From: Bacteroidota bacterium | GTDB taxonomy: Bacteria; Bacteroidota; Bacteroidia; Flavobacteriales; Flavobacteriaceae | Length of the DNA: 64,000 bases | Direction: 5' to 3' | Assembly (NCBI GenBank): GCA_038143535.1 | Contig: JAYQMD010000001.1 | Coordinates: 326,265 to 390,264 of the forward strand | Part shown: piece after piece, positions 1 to 10,180 of the stretch | Layout: each line of letters begins with the position of its first letter | Position numbering within the stretch: the stretch's first letter is position 1 | Translations under genes and position numbers: made by a program | Notes under the pieces: model-generated | Told to the model about the DNA's origin: nothing | The model's input: only the letters and a program-made list of their open reading frames with translations | Databases searched by the model: none

Positions 1-394
1 TACGCGTATTAAAACCACCTAAGTGCTTGGCAAGTGCAAGTGCAACGGCAACTTTCGCAAACTCTGAAGGTTGTAGACTAAATCCGCTAATGGCATACCA
101 AGACCTTGCGCCAGATACTTCAGTTCCAAACGCCCATAGCCCCAACAAACTTACGATTGACACTATAAATAAGATACTGGCATACCGCTCAAAAAACTTG
201 ACATCAATGAATTGAAACAAGAAAATCAACACAAAACCTATTCCCAAAGAAATAAGTTGTTTGTGCATAAATCCAGCAGCAATAGCGGTGTTTTTGGCAT
301 CGTAAACAGCAGAATATATATTGACCAAACCTATGCCCACCAACATCAAAAAGAGGGTTAAGGCGTACCAGTCAAATCGTAAAAGCTTATTCAT
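1..394 (-). CDS. rodA: rod shape-determining protein RodA (SEDS family), N-terminal part only; gene runs off the left edge
   Basis: Absent from the ORF track because it is truncated by the window. Reverse-strand translation from the ATG at 394..392 reads MNKLLRFDWYALTLFLMLVGIGLVNIYSAVY..., a hydrophobic multi-TM SEDS-like N-terminus. The ATG overlaps the mrdA stop (ATGAATAA) and completes the mreBCD-mrdA-rodA order. Confidence 0.8.
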   Translation of the reverse strand, partial: MNKLLRFDWYALTLFLMLVGIGLVNIYSAVYDAKNTAIAAGFMHKQLISLGIGFVLIFLFQFIDVKFFERYASILFIVSIVSLLGLWAFGTEVSGARSWYAISGFSLQPSEFAKVAVALALAKHLGGFNTR

Positions 395-2249
395 TGATAG
401 TAAAAGGTTTGTTACTTGTTACCTTGGCATATTCTTCTTCAAGACTTCCGTTGATCATACGGTTTTCCAGCCATCTTCGCTTGACTTCTCCGTTAATATA
501 TTTTTCAATTACCAAACTGGCAATGGGCGCAGCCCAACGCGCACCCCAGTATCCGTTCTCAACGATAACGGCAAGAGCAATTTTAGGATCGTCCTTTGGC
601 GCAAAAGCAATAAAAACAGAATGATCTGTAAGCTGAGTTCTGTCGCCATCAATTTTTGTAAAGTTTTCAATGGTACCCGTTTTGCCACAGACCTCAATTC
701 CTCTTATGGCAGCCACTCGGGCAGTTCCTTTACTAACCACATCGGCCATTCCCTCAATGACATTTATAAAATGTTCTTTTGAAATGCTAGTCACGCGTTT
801 TGTTTTGTATTTTGGATCAATAAAATCACCTTGTATGCCTTTCACAAAATGGGGTGTGTAGAAAAACCCTCTGTTTGCAATGGTTGCTGCAACGTTAGCC
901 AATTGAATCGGTGTCATAAGTATTTCACCTTGTCCAATGGCATTGGATACTATGGTAGACCCACGCCATCGCTGATTGGGATACCAAAGATTGTAGAAAT
1001 TGGCATTTGGTACATAGCCTGGCTGGCCAACAGGATGGTCATAGCCTAAATAATTCCCTAAACCAAAGCTGTTCAAGTGTTTGTGCCAGTTATTAATATT
1101 CTCTTCGATCTTGTTGTCTTTATCAATAATCCGACGGTAAACATTGGAGAAATAGGTGTTACAAGAGTTATAAATACCCCTGTTTAGATTGTTTTTTGTT
1201 CCAGGGGGGCACATACACGCCATAAATTGATTTCTGGCATAGTAATGTCCGCTGTAACAAGTGAATTTTGTTTTGGCATTCACCACACCTTCTTCCAGTG
1301 CCACAAGTGCATTTAGCACTTTAAATGGAGATCCAGGAGCGTATTGACCTTGAAGTGAGCGATCAAATAAATACCTGTTAAGGGTGTCTTGCTTTAGTGC
1401 TTCAAAAAGGGAAGACCGATCTCTACCTACAAGAGCATTGGGATCAAAGGTTGGCGTACTCACACTCATCAGAATTTCACCTGTTTTGGGCTCAATGGCT
1501 AAAATACCGCCACGTTTATTTGTCAATAGGTTCGTGCCGTATTCCTGAAGGGCAATGTCAATAGATAGCGTTATGTCTTGCGCCGGTACTGGCAAAGTAT
1601 CCAGCGTACCATCTTTATAGGGGCCAATAATTCTGTTAAACTTATCCCTTTGCAAATAGGAAACGCCCTTAGTCCCGCGCAGTACTTCTTCATAGGTTTT
1701 TTCAATACCTTGACGTCCTATGAGCTCTCCTTTAGCGTAGTAGGGGTTGTTCCGAATATCGAAATTATTAACTTCGCTTATATAGCCTAGGAGATTGGCT
1801 GCCACTTCTGTTTGGTAGTCTCTCACAGATTTCCGCTGTATGTACATGCCTGGAAATTTCCACAATTTTTCCTGTAAAATGGCATAATCTTGTTTTGAAA
1901 TTTGATTTAACAGCACCGATGGCGCATGCAGTGAATAGCGACGCACTTTGTTTATGCGTTCAACCAATTTTGATTTAGACAAACGCAGCGTCTTGCATAG
2001 ATCCAAAGTGTCGAATGGCTCTAGGTTTTTTGGAATCACCATCAAGTCATACATGGGCTGATTGGAAACCAATAGGGATCCGTTTCTGTCAAAAATATAT
2101 CCTCGCTCAGGATATATATACTGCTTTAATACCGAGTTTTTTAAGGAAAGATCACCGTACTGGTCTGAGATTATTTGAAGAAAAAACAATCTAACAAAAA
2201 GCACAATGCCTACAATTACAATCGTTGCTCTAAAAAAGCGGATTCTCAT
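387..2249 (-). CDS. mrdA: penicillin-binding protein 2 (elongasome transpeptidase)
   Basis: Track ORF 387..2288. Class B PBP motifs are visible: SPFK (SxxK), SCN (SxN) and KTGT. The start is probably the internal ATG at 2249 (MRIRFFRATIVIVG..., TM anchor), which overlaps the mreD stop as TGATG. Confidence 0.9.
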   Translation of the reverse strand: MRIRFFRATIVIVGIVLFVRLFFLQIISDQYGDLSLKNSVLKQYIYPERGYIFDRNGSLLVSNQPMYDLMVIPKNLEPFDTLDLCKTLRLSKSKLVERINKVRRYSLHAPSVLLNQISKQDYAILQEKLWKFPGMYIQRKSVRDYQTEVAANLLGYISEVNNFDIRNNPYYAKGELIGRQGIEKTYEEVLRGTKGVSYLQRDKFNRIIGPYKDGTLDTLPVPAQDITLSIDIALQEYGTNLLTNKRGGILAIEPKTGEILMSVSTPTFDPNALVGRDRSSLFEALKQDTLNRYLFDRSLQGQYAPGSPFKVLNALVALEEGVVNAKTKFTCYSGHYYARNQFMACMCPPGTKNNLNRGIYNSCNTYFSNVYRRIIDKDNKIEENINNWHKHLNSFGLGNYLGYDHPVGQPGYVPNANFYNLWYPNQRWRGSTIVSNAIGQGEILMTPIQLANVAATIANRGFFYTPHFVKGIQGDFIDPKYKTKRVTSISKEHFINVIEGMADVVSKGTARVAAIRGIEVCGKTGTIENFTKIDGDRTQLTDHSVFIAFAPKDDPKIALAVIVENGYWGARWAAPIASLVIEKYINGEVKRRWLENRMINGSLEEEYAKVTSNKPFTINE

Positions 2250-2749
2250 CACGTTGTTTTTTTGGTTAAAACAAGTAATAAAAAACAAGTCATCATGGTT
2301 AACATGCTGTTAGCACCCCATGCGCTTAACAACCAGCCAAGCTTAGACCAGCTTCCTGTCATGGCAACAAAAAGGAAAAAGTGATGAACCAATATAATCA
2401 GCAAGCTGTAGAAACAAAGACTTGCGAAAGATTCGTTCTCAGTCTTTAGGTCTCTCAATGATATGGTTTCCCGGTATGCAGCGCGCACAAGCAGTGGTCT
2501 TGTGAAGCAAGCAATTAAACTTGCTAAGGTGTGAATGCCCCCTGACAAGAAGAGTAAGTCCACGATAAGCCCAACAAAAAATCCGATCAATAACACTACC
2601 CAGGCCTCCCATTGGTGAGGTATCAACACAAATAAGAGGACATAAATCAACGGCGAATAAGGTATGCCTAGCATGATAGGGTCAAACATGAAAACCTGCG
2701 CAAAGACAAGTGACAAAAACCAAACCAGTATGCTTATTGGTTTATTCAT
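2249..2749 (-). CDS. mreD: rod shape-determining protein MreD
   Basis: 166-aa very hydrophobic multi-TM ORF wedged between mreC and mrdA, with overlapping junctions. The call rests on position and composition only. Confidence 0.75.
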   Translation of the reverse strand: MNKPISILVWFLSLVFAQVFMFDPIMLGIPYSPLIYVLLFVLIPHQWEAWVVLLIGFFVGLIVDLLFLSGGIHTLASLIACFTRPLLVRAAYRETISLRDLKTENESFASLCFYSLLIILVHHFFLFVAMTGSWSKLGWLLSAWGANSMLTMMTCFLLLVLTKKTT

Positions 2750-3542
2750 TGTCGAAAATCATTTTTTTTATTGTTTCAGCCCGAGGTATAACTACGCCAT
2801 AGACATAATCCAGATTAGTCATGTCTTGAAATAGCGATATGTGTATTTGGTAATAGTTGTCGTTTGTCGGGACAATAATTTCATTGATGACACCAAGGTC
2901 AATATGCTTTGGAAAAACAGCAGACATGCCTCCAGTAACAATGGTATCACCCACTTCTACGTGGGCAGCTAGGGGAACGTCTGACAGTATCATTTCTTTT
3001 GGATCGTTTCCGTTCCAATAGAGGCTTCCAAAATGATTACTATTTTTAAGTTTTGCGTTTATACGCAGCGACTTATTTAGTAAGGAAATAACACTACTGG
3101 TTTCTTCATTGATTCTATTAACAATCCCAATGACTCCTTTTGCGGAAATAATCCCCATTTCCTTGTGGATACCGCTTTTTTTTCCGGCATTGAGCGTAAT
3201 ATGATTGTAGTTGAGCTGGATACTATTGCGGATGACTTGAGCAGGAATTACTTCAAATGGAATGCTGTCTAGAAGTAGCACTTTACTTTGCTTATTGATA
3301 AGCTTTTCTAAAAGATATTGGTTGTCTTCAAGGAGCTGCTTATTATGCTTATCTCGTCTAAAGTAAGAAAAAACCTGATGACGGGCTTCAAAAAAAGGAG
3401 CTAGGGTAGCATTGTTAAATGCCTGAAAATTAGTGCGCTGGTAGTAGTGATTACGTGCCATGTAACGAAGGGACAACACTAGCAACAAAATAAACAGCAG
3501 TAGCGTTCTGTTTCGCAGTATGCCGTTCAGTAATTTTTGCAT
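2742..3542 (-). CDS. mreC: rod shape-determining protein MreC
   Basis: 266 aa with an N-terminal TM segment, then a helical and a beta-rich region. It lies immediately downstream of mreB and overlaps mreD by 8 nt. Confidence 0.85.
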   Translation of the reverse strand: MQKLLNGILRNRTLLLFILLLVLSLRYMARNHYYQRTNFQAFNNATLAPFFEARHQVFSYFRRDKHNKQLLEDNQYLLEKLINKQSKVLLLDSIPFEVIPAQVIRNSIQLNYNHITLNAGKKSGIHKEMGIISAKGVIGIVNRINEETSSVISLLNKSLRINAKLKNSNHFGSLYWNGNDPKEMILSDVPLAAHVEVGDTIVTGGMSAVFPKHIDLGVINEIIVPTNDNYYQIHISLFQDMTNLDYVYGVVIPRAETIKKMIFDNE

Positions 3543-3550
3543 TTGTTACA

Positions 3551-4579
3551 CTACTTTATCAAAACAGACTTATATCGTTCAATATTTTTGAGCACAGTGC
3601 CTGTTCCTCGAACTACAGCGCGAAGCGGATCTTCTGCAATAAAAATGGGGAGTTCTGTTTTTTGAGATAGTCTTTTGTCAAGGCCTCGCAGCATAGAACC
3701 ACCACCGGCAAGATACACGCCTGTGTTGTAAATATCCGCCGCTAGTTCCGGAGGCGTTTGCGCAAGTGTTTCCATAACAGAATCCTCGATTCTGATAATG
3801 GATTTATCAAGTGCTTTGTGAATTTCTCGATGAGAAATAAGAATTTCTTTTGGCTTACCCGTTAACAAATCGCGTCCTTGAACAGACATGTCTTCGGGCG
3901 GGTTTTCTAGTTCTTCGGTTGCAGATCCAATGCTAATTTTGACACGCTCTGCGGTACGCTCACCAACAAACAAGTTGTGTTGAGTACGCATGTAGTAGAT
4001 GATGTCGTTTGTAAAAACGTCACCCGCAATTTTAACCGACTTATCACACACAATTCCAGAGAGGGCAATAACCGCAATTTCAGTGGTGCCACCCCCTATA
4101 TCTACAATCATATTTCCTTTTGGCTGCATGATGTCAACGCCAATACCAATGGCCGCTGCCATAGGTTCGTGAATCAAATAAACCTCCTTGCCATTAACAC
4201 GTTCAGCAGATTCTCGAACGGCGCGCATCTCCACTTCAGTAATACCGGAGGGTATGCAAATTACCATACGAAGTGAAGGTGTAAAAAACCGCTTTTTGAG
4301 TGACGGGATGTTTCTGATGAACATACTGATCATTTGCTCTGAGGCATTAAAATCAGCAATAACGCCGTCTTTTAGTGGACGTATCGTCTTGATGTTTTCA
4401 TGTGTTTTACCTTGCATTTGGTTGGCTTCTTGCCCTACTGCAATAATTTTATTACTCCTTCTGTCCATAGCTACTATAGATGGACTGTCTACCACTACTT
4501 TATCATTGTGAATAATGAGGGTATTGGCAGTACCTAAGTCGATAGCTATTTCTTCAGTCAAAAAGTCAAAAAATCCCAT
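3551..4579 (-). CDS. mreB: actin-like rod shape-determining protein MreB
   Basis: 342 aa. Actin-fold phosphate motifs IAIDLGTANT and DIGGGTTE are present, and the whole length reads as typical MreB. Confidence 0.95.
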   Translation of the reverse strand: MGFFDFLTEEIAIDLGTANTLIIHNDKVVVDSPSIVAMDRRSNKIIAVGQEANQMQGKTHENIKTIRPLKDGVIADFNASEQMISMFIRNIPSLKKRFFTPSLRMVICIPSGITEVEMRAVRESAERVNGKEVYLIHEPMAAAIGIGVDIMQPKGNMIVDIGGGTTEIAVIALSGIVCDKSVKIAGDVFTNDIIYYMRTQHNLFVGERTAERVKISIGSATEELENPPEDMSVQGRDLLTGKPKEILISHREIHKALDKSIIRIEDSVMETLAQTPPELAADIYNTGVYLAGGGSMLRGLDKRLSQKTELPIFIAEDPLRAVVRGTGTVLKNIERYKSVLIK

Positions 4580-4609
4580 GTAATTGGTATTGGTATGTAA
4601 TATTACGAA

Positions 4610-6135
4610 TTAATGTTTAAAATGCCTTACACCAGTCATGACCATTGCCAAATTATTTCCATTGCAATAGTCAATACTCAATTGGTCTTTGATAGAACCT
4701 CCTGGTTGAATTACAGCTATAATACCTGCGTTATGTGCAATTTCAACACAATCTGGAAAAGGGAAGAAGGCATCACTAGCCATAACTGATCCAGTCAAAT
4801 CAAAACCAAAATGCTTGGCTTTTTCAATGGACTGATTTAGCGCATCTACTCTTGAAGTTTGTCCTGTTCCAGCGGCAAATAACTGCCCGTTTTTAGCCAA
4901 AACAATGGTGTTGGATTTGGTGTGTTTTGCAATTTTAGAAGCAAACAACAAATCGTTAATTTCCTGCGCAGTAGCTTTTCGTTCTGTGACTTCATTCAGC
5001 ATAGACTTTCGTCTGTTGTACCGTCGCGTTCTTGAAGCAAATGTCCATTGAGGCAAGAGCGAACCAAAGTACTGGGTTGCGGATAGCTTTTTAAATCCAG
5101 CAAAATTCTGTTCTTTTTTTGTTTTAGTAATTCCAAGGCATTTGCCTCAAAAGCAGGTGCAATGACAACCTCACAGAAAAGTGTATTGATCTTTTCAGCA
5201 GTGGAGAGGTCTATAGTGGTGTTGGCAATAAGTACCCCACCGAAAGCAGATACTGGGTCAGCAGCGAGTGCGTCTGTATAGGCCTGTGATATGTTATCTC
5301 GCGTAGCCAAGCCACAAGGGTTGTTGTGTTTTAGGATAGCAAAGGTTGGCGCATCGTCTTTAAATTCTGCCATCAACTCTACTGCTGCGTCAACGTCGAG
5401 GAGGTTGTTGTAAGAAAGTGCCTTTCCGCAATGTTTGAAAAACACCTCGTCAAAATCACCAAAGAAAGCTCCTTTTTGATGCGGGTTTTCGCCATATCGC
5501 AATTCCTTCCCCGTGTTGTAACTTAGTTTTAATGCGCCGTTGCCTTTATCAAAAAAGTTAAAAATATGGGTGTCGTAGTGTGATGACACGCGGAACGCAT
5601 TTGCGGCAAATTGTTTACGGTCTGATAGTTCCGTTTTTCCGTTTTTCCTTTCAAGTAGCGCCAGAAACGCATCGTAATCACTCACCGACGATACGCACAA
5701 GACGTCTTTGTAGTTTTTGGCAGCAGCACGAATAAGTGAAATTCCGCCGATGTCTATTTTTTCAATAATGTCTGTTTCAGATGCGCCTGATTTGACGGTA
5801 TCTTCAAAAGGATATAAGTCCACCAATACAATATCTAAATGGGGTATGTTGTATTGCGCCAATTCTTGCTGGTCGTTATCATTTGACCTTCGATTGAGAA
5901 TACCGCCAAACACCTTAGGGTGCAAAGTCTTAACACGACCACCCAAAATAGAAGGGTATGAAGTCAAATCCTCGACTTGAAGTACAGGAACACCCTGCGC
6001 TTCAATAAAGACAGCAGTTCCGCCAGTTGAGTAGAGTGTAATACCCAATTCGTGCATTTTGGTAACGATGGGCGCAAGCCCCTCTTTGTTGAATACAGAA
6101 ATAAGGGCGGATTTGGCTTGAATAGCGTCTTGCAT
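4610..6135 (-). CDS. purH: bifunctional AICAR formyltransferase / IMP cyclohydrolase PurH, split by an apparent 1-nt frameshift near 5000
   Basis: Track ORFs 4996..6135 (N-terminal MGS-like/IMPCH domain plus most of AICARFT) and 4610..5056 (C-terminal ...[25 protein letters not shown]...[11 protein letters not shown]...) abut in different frames. Together they make one normal-length PurH. Confidence 0.85.
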
Positions 6136-6154
6136 GAAAGAAAAATTGAAAGAA

Positions 6155-6162
6155 CAAAAGTA
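6155..6162 (-). promoter_or_regulatory. Bacteroidota sigma-A type -7 box (TACTTTTG) upstream of purH
   Basis: The minus strand reads ccTACTTTTGttc about 20 nt before the purH ATG at 6135 and matches the TAnnTTTG consensus. Confidence 0.4.
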
Positions 6163-6176
6163 GGAATTTTATCTCA

Positions 6177-6647
6177 CTAAAAGTTCATTTCTGAACGCAA
6201 TAAATAAGTAGCAACCAGACGGTTTACTTCCACTAAAAAGGCCTCATCTTTATCGTCAAAGGCACAGGCTGTGTTGGAATCTATATCAATTTGCCCCACA
6301 TTTTTCCCTTCTATAAAAAGCGGCACCACAATTTCAGACTTCACATCTATACTACAGGCAATATAGTTGTCTTGCTCAGACACGTCGTCTACCACAAAGT
6401 TTCGGTTACTTAGAGCAACCTGACCGCAGATTCCTTTTCCATACGGGATTACGGTATGGTCTGTTGGTTTTCCAGCAAATGCTTTTAGGTGGAGTTCTTT
6501 TTTTTCGGGTTTGTGAAAATAGAATCCTACCCAATCGTAAGCAGGGAATTTTTGCTGTATTTCAGCACAAACCCATTCCAACAACTCTTGTGGCTTTGGA
6601 TTTTGGTGTAAACGTTGGGCAATATGTTTAAGTAGGGATTTGTACAT
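6177..6647 (-). CDS. GAF domain protein, free methionine-(R)-sulfoxide reductase-like
   Basis: 156 aa, single GAF-sized domain with a GKGICGQVA motif as in the YebR/fRMsr family. The functional assignment is by family resemblance only. Confidence 0.65.
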   Translation of the reverse strand: MYKSLLKHIAQRLHQNPKPQELLEWVCAEIQQKFPAYDWVGFYFHKPEKKELHLKAFAGKPTDHTVIPYGKGICGQVALSNRNFVVDDVSEQDNYIACSIDVKSEIVVPLFIEGKNVGQIDIDSNTACAFDDKDEAFLVEVNRLVATYLLRSEMNF

Positions 6648-6673
6648 AAAAAAACTGCCCCGTTAAGGGGCAG
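6648..6673 (-). terminator. rho-independent terminator after groEL
   Basis: The minus strand reads CTGCCCC-ttaac-GGGGCAG followed by TTTTTTT. It lies between the groEL stop (6690) and the GAF gene start (6647). Confidence 0.6.
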
Positions 6674-6689
6674 CATAATAATAGATTAT

Positions 6690-8619
<1,930 letters not shown>

Positions 8620-8646
8620 GTCTATAATTTAATTTTTTAAAATATA

Positions 8647-8661
8647 GCATCAATTGTGCCA
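8647..8661 (-). promoter_or_regulatory. candidate sigma-54 (-24/-12) promoter upstream of groES
   Basis: The minus strand reads TGGCACaattgATGCt. The GG and GC dinucleotides have the canonical spacing and there is one mismatch to TGGCAC-N5-TTGC. The GC lies about 28 nt before the groES ATG. A near-consensus sigma-A -7 box (TATATTTT) follows directly, so the assignment is uncertain. Confidence 0.45.
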
Positions 8662-8709
8662 CGGTAAAAAACTAGTAAAAGGAAGTCAAAAAACTGACAG
8701 CTTGACATT

Positions 8710-9066
8710 TTATTCTTCGCCGTCTGTTTGTGGTAACTCGGGAATTTCTTCTGGAATTTCTTCTGGAATGGCTTCGGGAATGCTTTCCTCAATGGCTGCT
8801 TCATCAATAAGAGTAGACTCACTCGTAGTTGATGGTATGCTAATCATGGAATTGGATATCAGAATAAGCACCAATAATAAGGCAGCAAGTACCCAAGTAC
8901 TTTTGTCTAGAAAGTCGGTCGTTTTTTGAACGCCTCCAAGTTGTTGAGAGCTACCGCCAAATGCAGATGAAAGACCACCGCCTTTGGGGTTTTGAACCAT
9001 AACCACTAGGATTAGCAAAAAGCAAACGATGATAGTTAGTACTAGAAAAATGGAAAATGTACTCAT
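8710..9066 (-). CDS. secG: preprotein translocase subunit SecG with an acidic repeat tail
   Basis: 118 aa. The N-terminal TM segment plus VMVQNPKGGGLSSAFGG matches the SecG signature. A second TM segment follows, then the acidic tail ...ESIPEAIPEEIPEEIPELPQTDGEE. Confidence 0.8.
   Translation of the reverse strand: MSTFSIFLVLTIIVCFLLILVVMVQNPKGGGLSSAFGGSSQQLGGVQKTTDFLDKSTWVLAALLLVLILISNSMISIPSTTSESTLIDEAAIEESIPEAIPEEIPEEIPELPQTDGEE
8741..8788 (-). repeat. four tandem 12-nt units (ggaatttcttct x2, then two diverged copies) encoding the (IPEx)n tail of SecG
   Basis: Read directly on the plus strand: ggaatttcttct ggaatttcttct ggaatggcttcg ggaatgctttcc. Confidence 0.8.
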
Positions 9067-9067
9067 A

Positions 9068-9679
9068 TTAACTTTGGTTTTGTGCTTTCTTTATTTCTTT
9101 AATTTGGTCTGCAAATAAACTACTTTTTTCTGGATATTTCAATGCCAAAATCTCATAGGCGTTTATTGCGTTTTTAAATTTTCCTTGTTTGACATAGATC
9201 TTTGCCAAGGTCTCTGTCATCAGAGTTTTGTCGTCGAATTGCTGTTTTTGCGTGAGGTCAACTGATTTCTTTTGATCTTTTGTCAAACCAATTTTAGGGG
9301 TATCGGCGATAAATTTATCAATGAGCCGCTCTTGATTTGTTTCTTTTGGCAGAGAATCATCTATTTGATGTAGCCAATCTACAAATGCCATCACCTCGTC
9401 TGCAGCATGACTTTGTTGCGCGAGAGTTACCCTTTCTGTTTCTCCGGCCGGCGATTTGATTAGGTGCAATCTGTTTTTGGTATGAACTGCGCAGGATGCC
9501 AAAAAAGAAGGTGCCTGCTTATGGGCGTGTTTTTCGGCAATTTGCCAACCCAAATGATGCAAGGCTTGAAAATAGGGATACTGCTGTGTAAGTGTTTCTA
9601 TACGGCTTAGCGTTGCTTCTGGATCGTCGTGTCCTTGCTCACGTAGCTTTGTCAAATATGTACGTTCGCTGTTTACCAT
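9068..9679 (-). CDS. hypothetical protein (helical, TPR-like C-terminus)
   Basis: 203-aa ORF tightly packed between the lptE-like gene and secG. The C-terminal AKIYVKQGKFKNAINAYEILALKYPEKS looks like a TPR-type helix pair. I recognise no family. Confidence 0.55.
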   Translation of the reverse strand: MVNSERTYLTKLREQGHDDPEATLSRIETLTQQYPYFQALHHLGWQIAEKHAHKQAPSFLASCAVHTKNRLHLIKSPAGETERVTLAQQSHAADEVMAFVDWLHQIDDSLPKETNQERLIDKFIADTPKIGLTKDQKKSVDLTQKQQFDDKTLMTETLAKIYVKQGKFKNAINAYEILALKYPEKSSLFADQIKEIKKAQNQS

Positions 9680-10179
9680 TTCGCCAACGATTCATTAAAA
9701 ATATCTTGGGTAATACGCTCAAATAGTATTTCGTGTGCTTCAGATTGTATTGTTTGAACTTGCGTAGCGGCATCAAAATCATAGAAGAAACTAAACTTCT
9801 TCTCAAAGTCGTCTTCGTCGTTGAGGGTGTTAAAATAACGCACGTTAACGCTCATGGTAAGTCTGTTTTGCGCTGCAGTTTCTTGCGCTGTTGCGGTCAT
9901 GGGAGTCACTCGATAGCTTACAATCTCCCCTTCATAAATCAAATGGCCATTGACATTTGTCAAATCTAAGTTGGTTTGATTGAGCAACATTTCTTGGACA
10001 GCATTTGTAAAATCACGGTCAAGGCCTGGTTCAAAAACGGAACCCACTTCATTGGCAGCATTATTTACAAAAAAGTTAACTTGCACGGTTTCCGCACCCT
10101 CTGGAATTGAAGCCCCCGTAAAGGAATAATACTTGCAACTCACCAGTAATACAAAAATCAAAACAACACTTTTCTTCAT
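9673..10179 (-). CDS. lptE: LptE-like outer-membrane lipoprotein
   Basis: Lipoprotein signal MKKSVVLIFVLLVSC. The mature start CKYYSFTGASIPEGAETVQVNFF resembles Bacteroidota LptE-family proteins. The start is set at ATG 10179, 1 nt after the upstream gene's stop. Confidence 0.55.
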   Translation of the reverse strand: MKKSVVLIFVLLVSCKYYSFTGASIPEGAETVQVNFFVNNAANEVGSVFEPGLDRDFTNAVQEMLLNQTNLDLTNVNGHLIYEGEIVSYRVTPMTATAQETAAQNRLTMSVNVRYFNTLNDEDDFEKKFSFFYDFDAATQVQTIQSEAHEILFERITQDIFNESLAKW

Positions 10180-10180
10180 A

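Noticed and set aside
8620-8709. CIRCE (HrcA) operator upstream of groES.
   Set aside because: Nothing resembling TTAGCACTC-N9-GAGTGCTAA is present on either strand. There is only a weak GTCAA/TTGAC hairpin and the sigma-54-like element.
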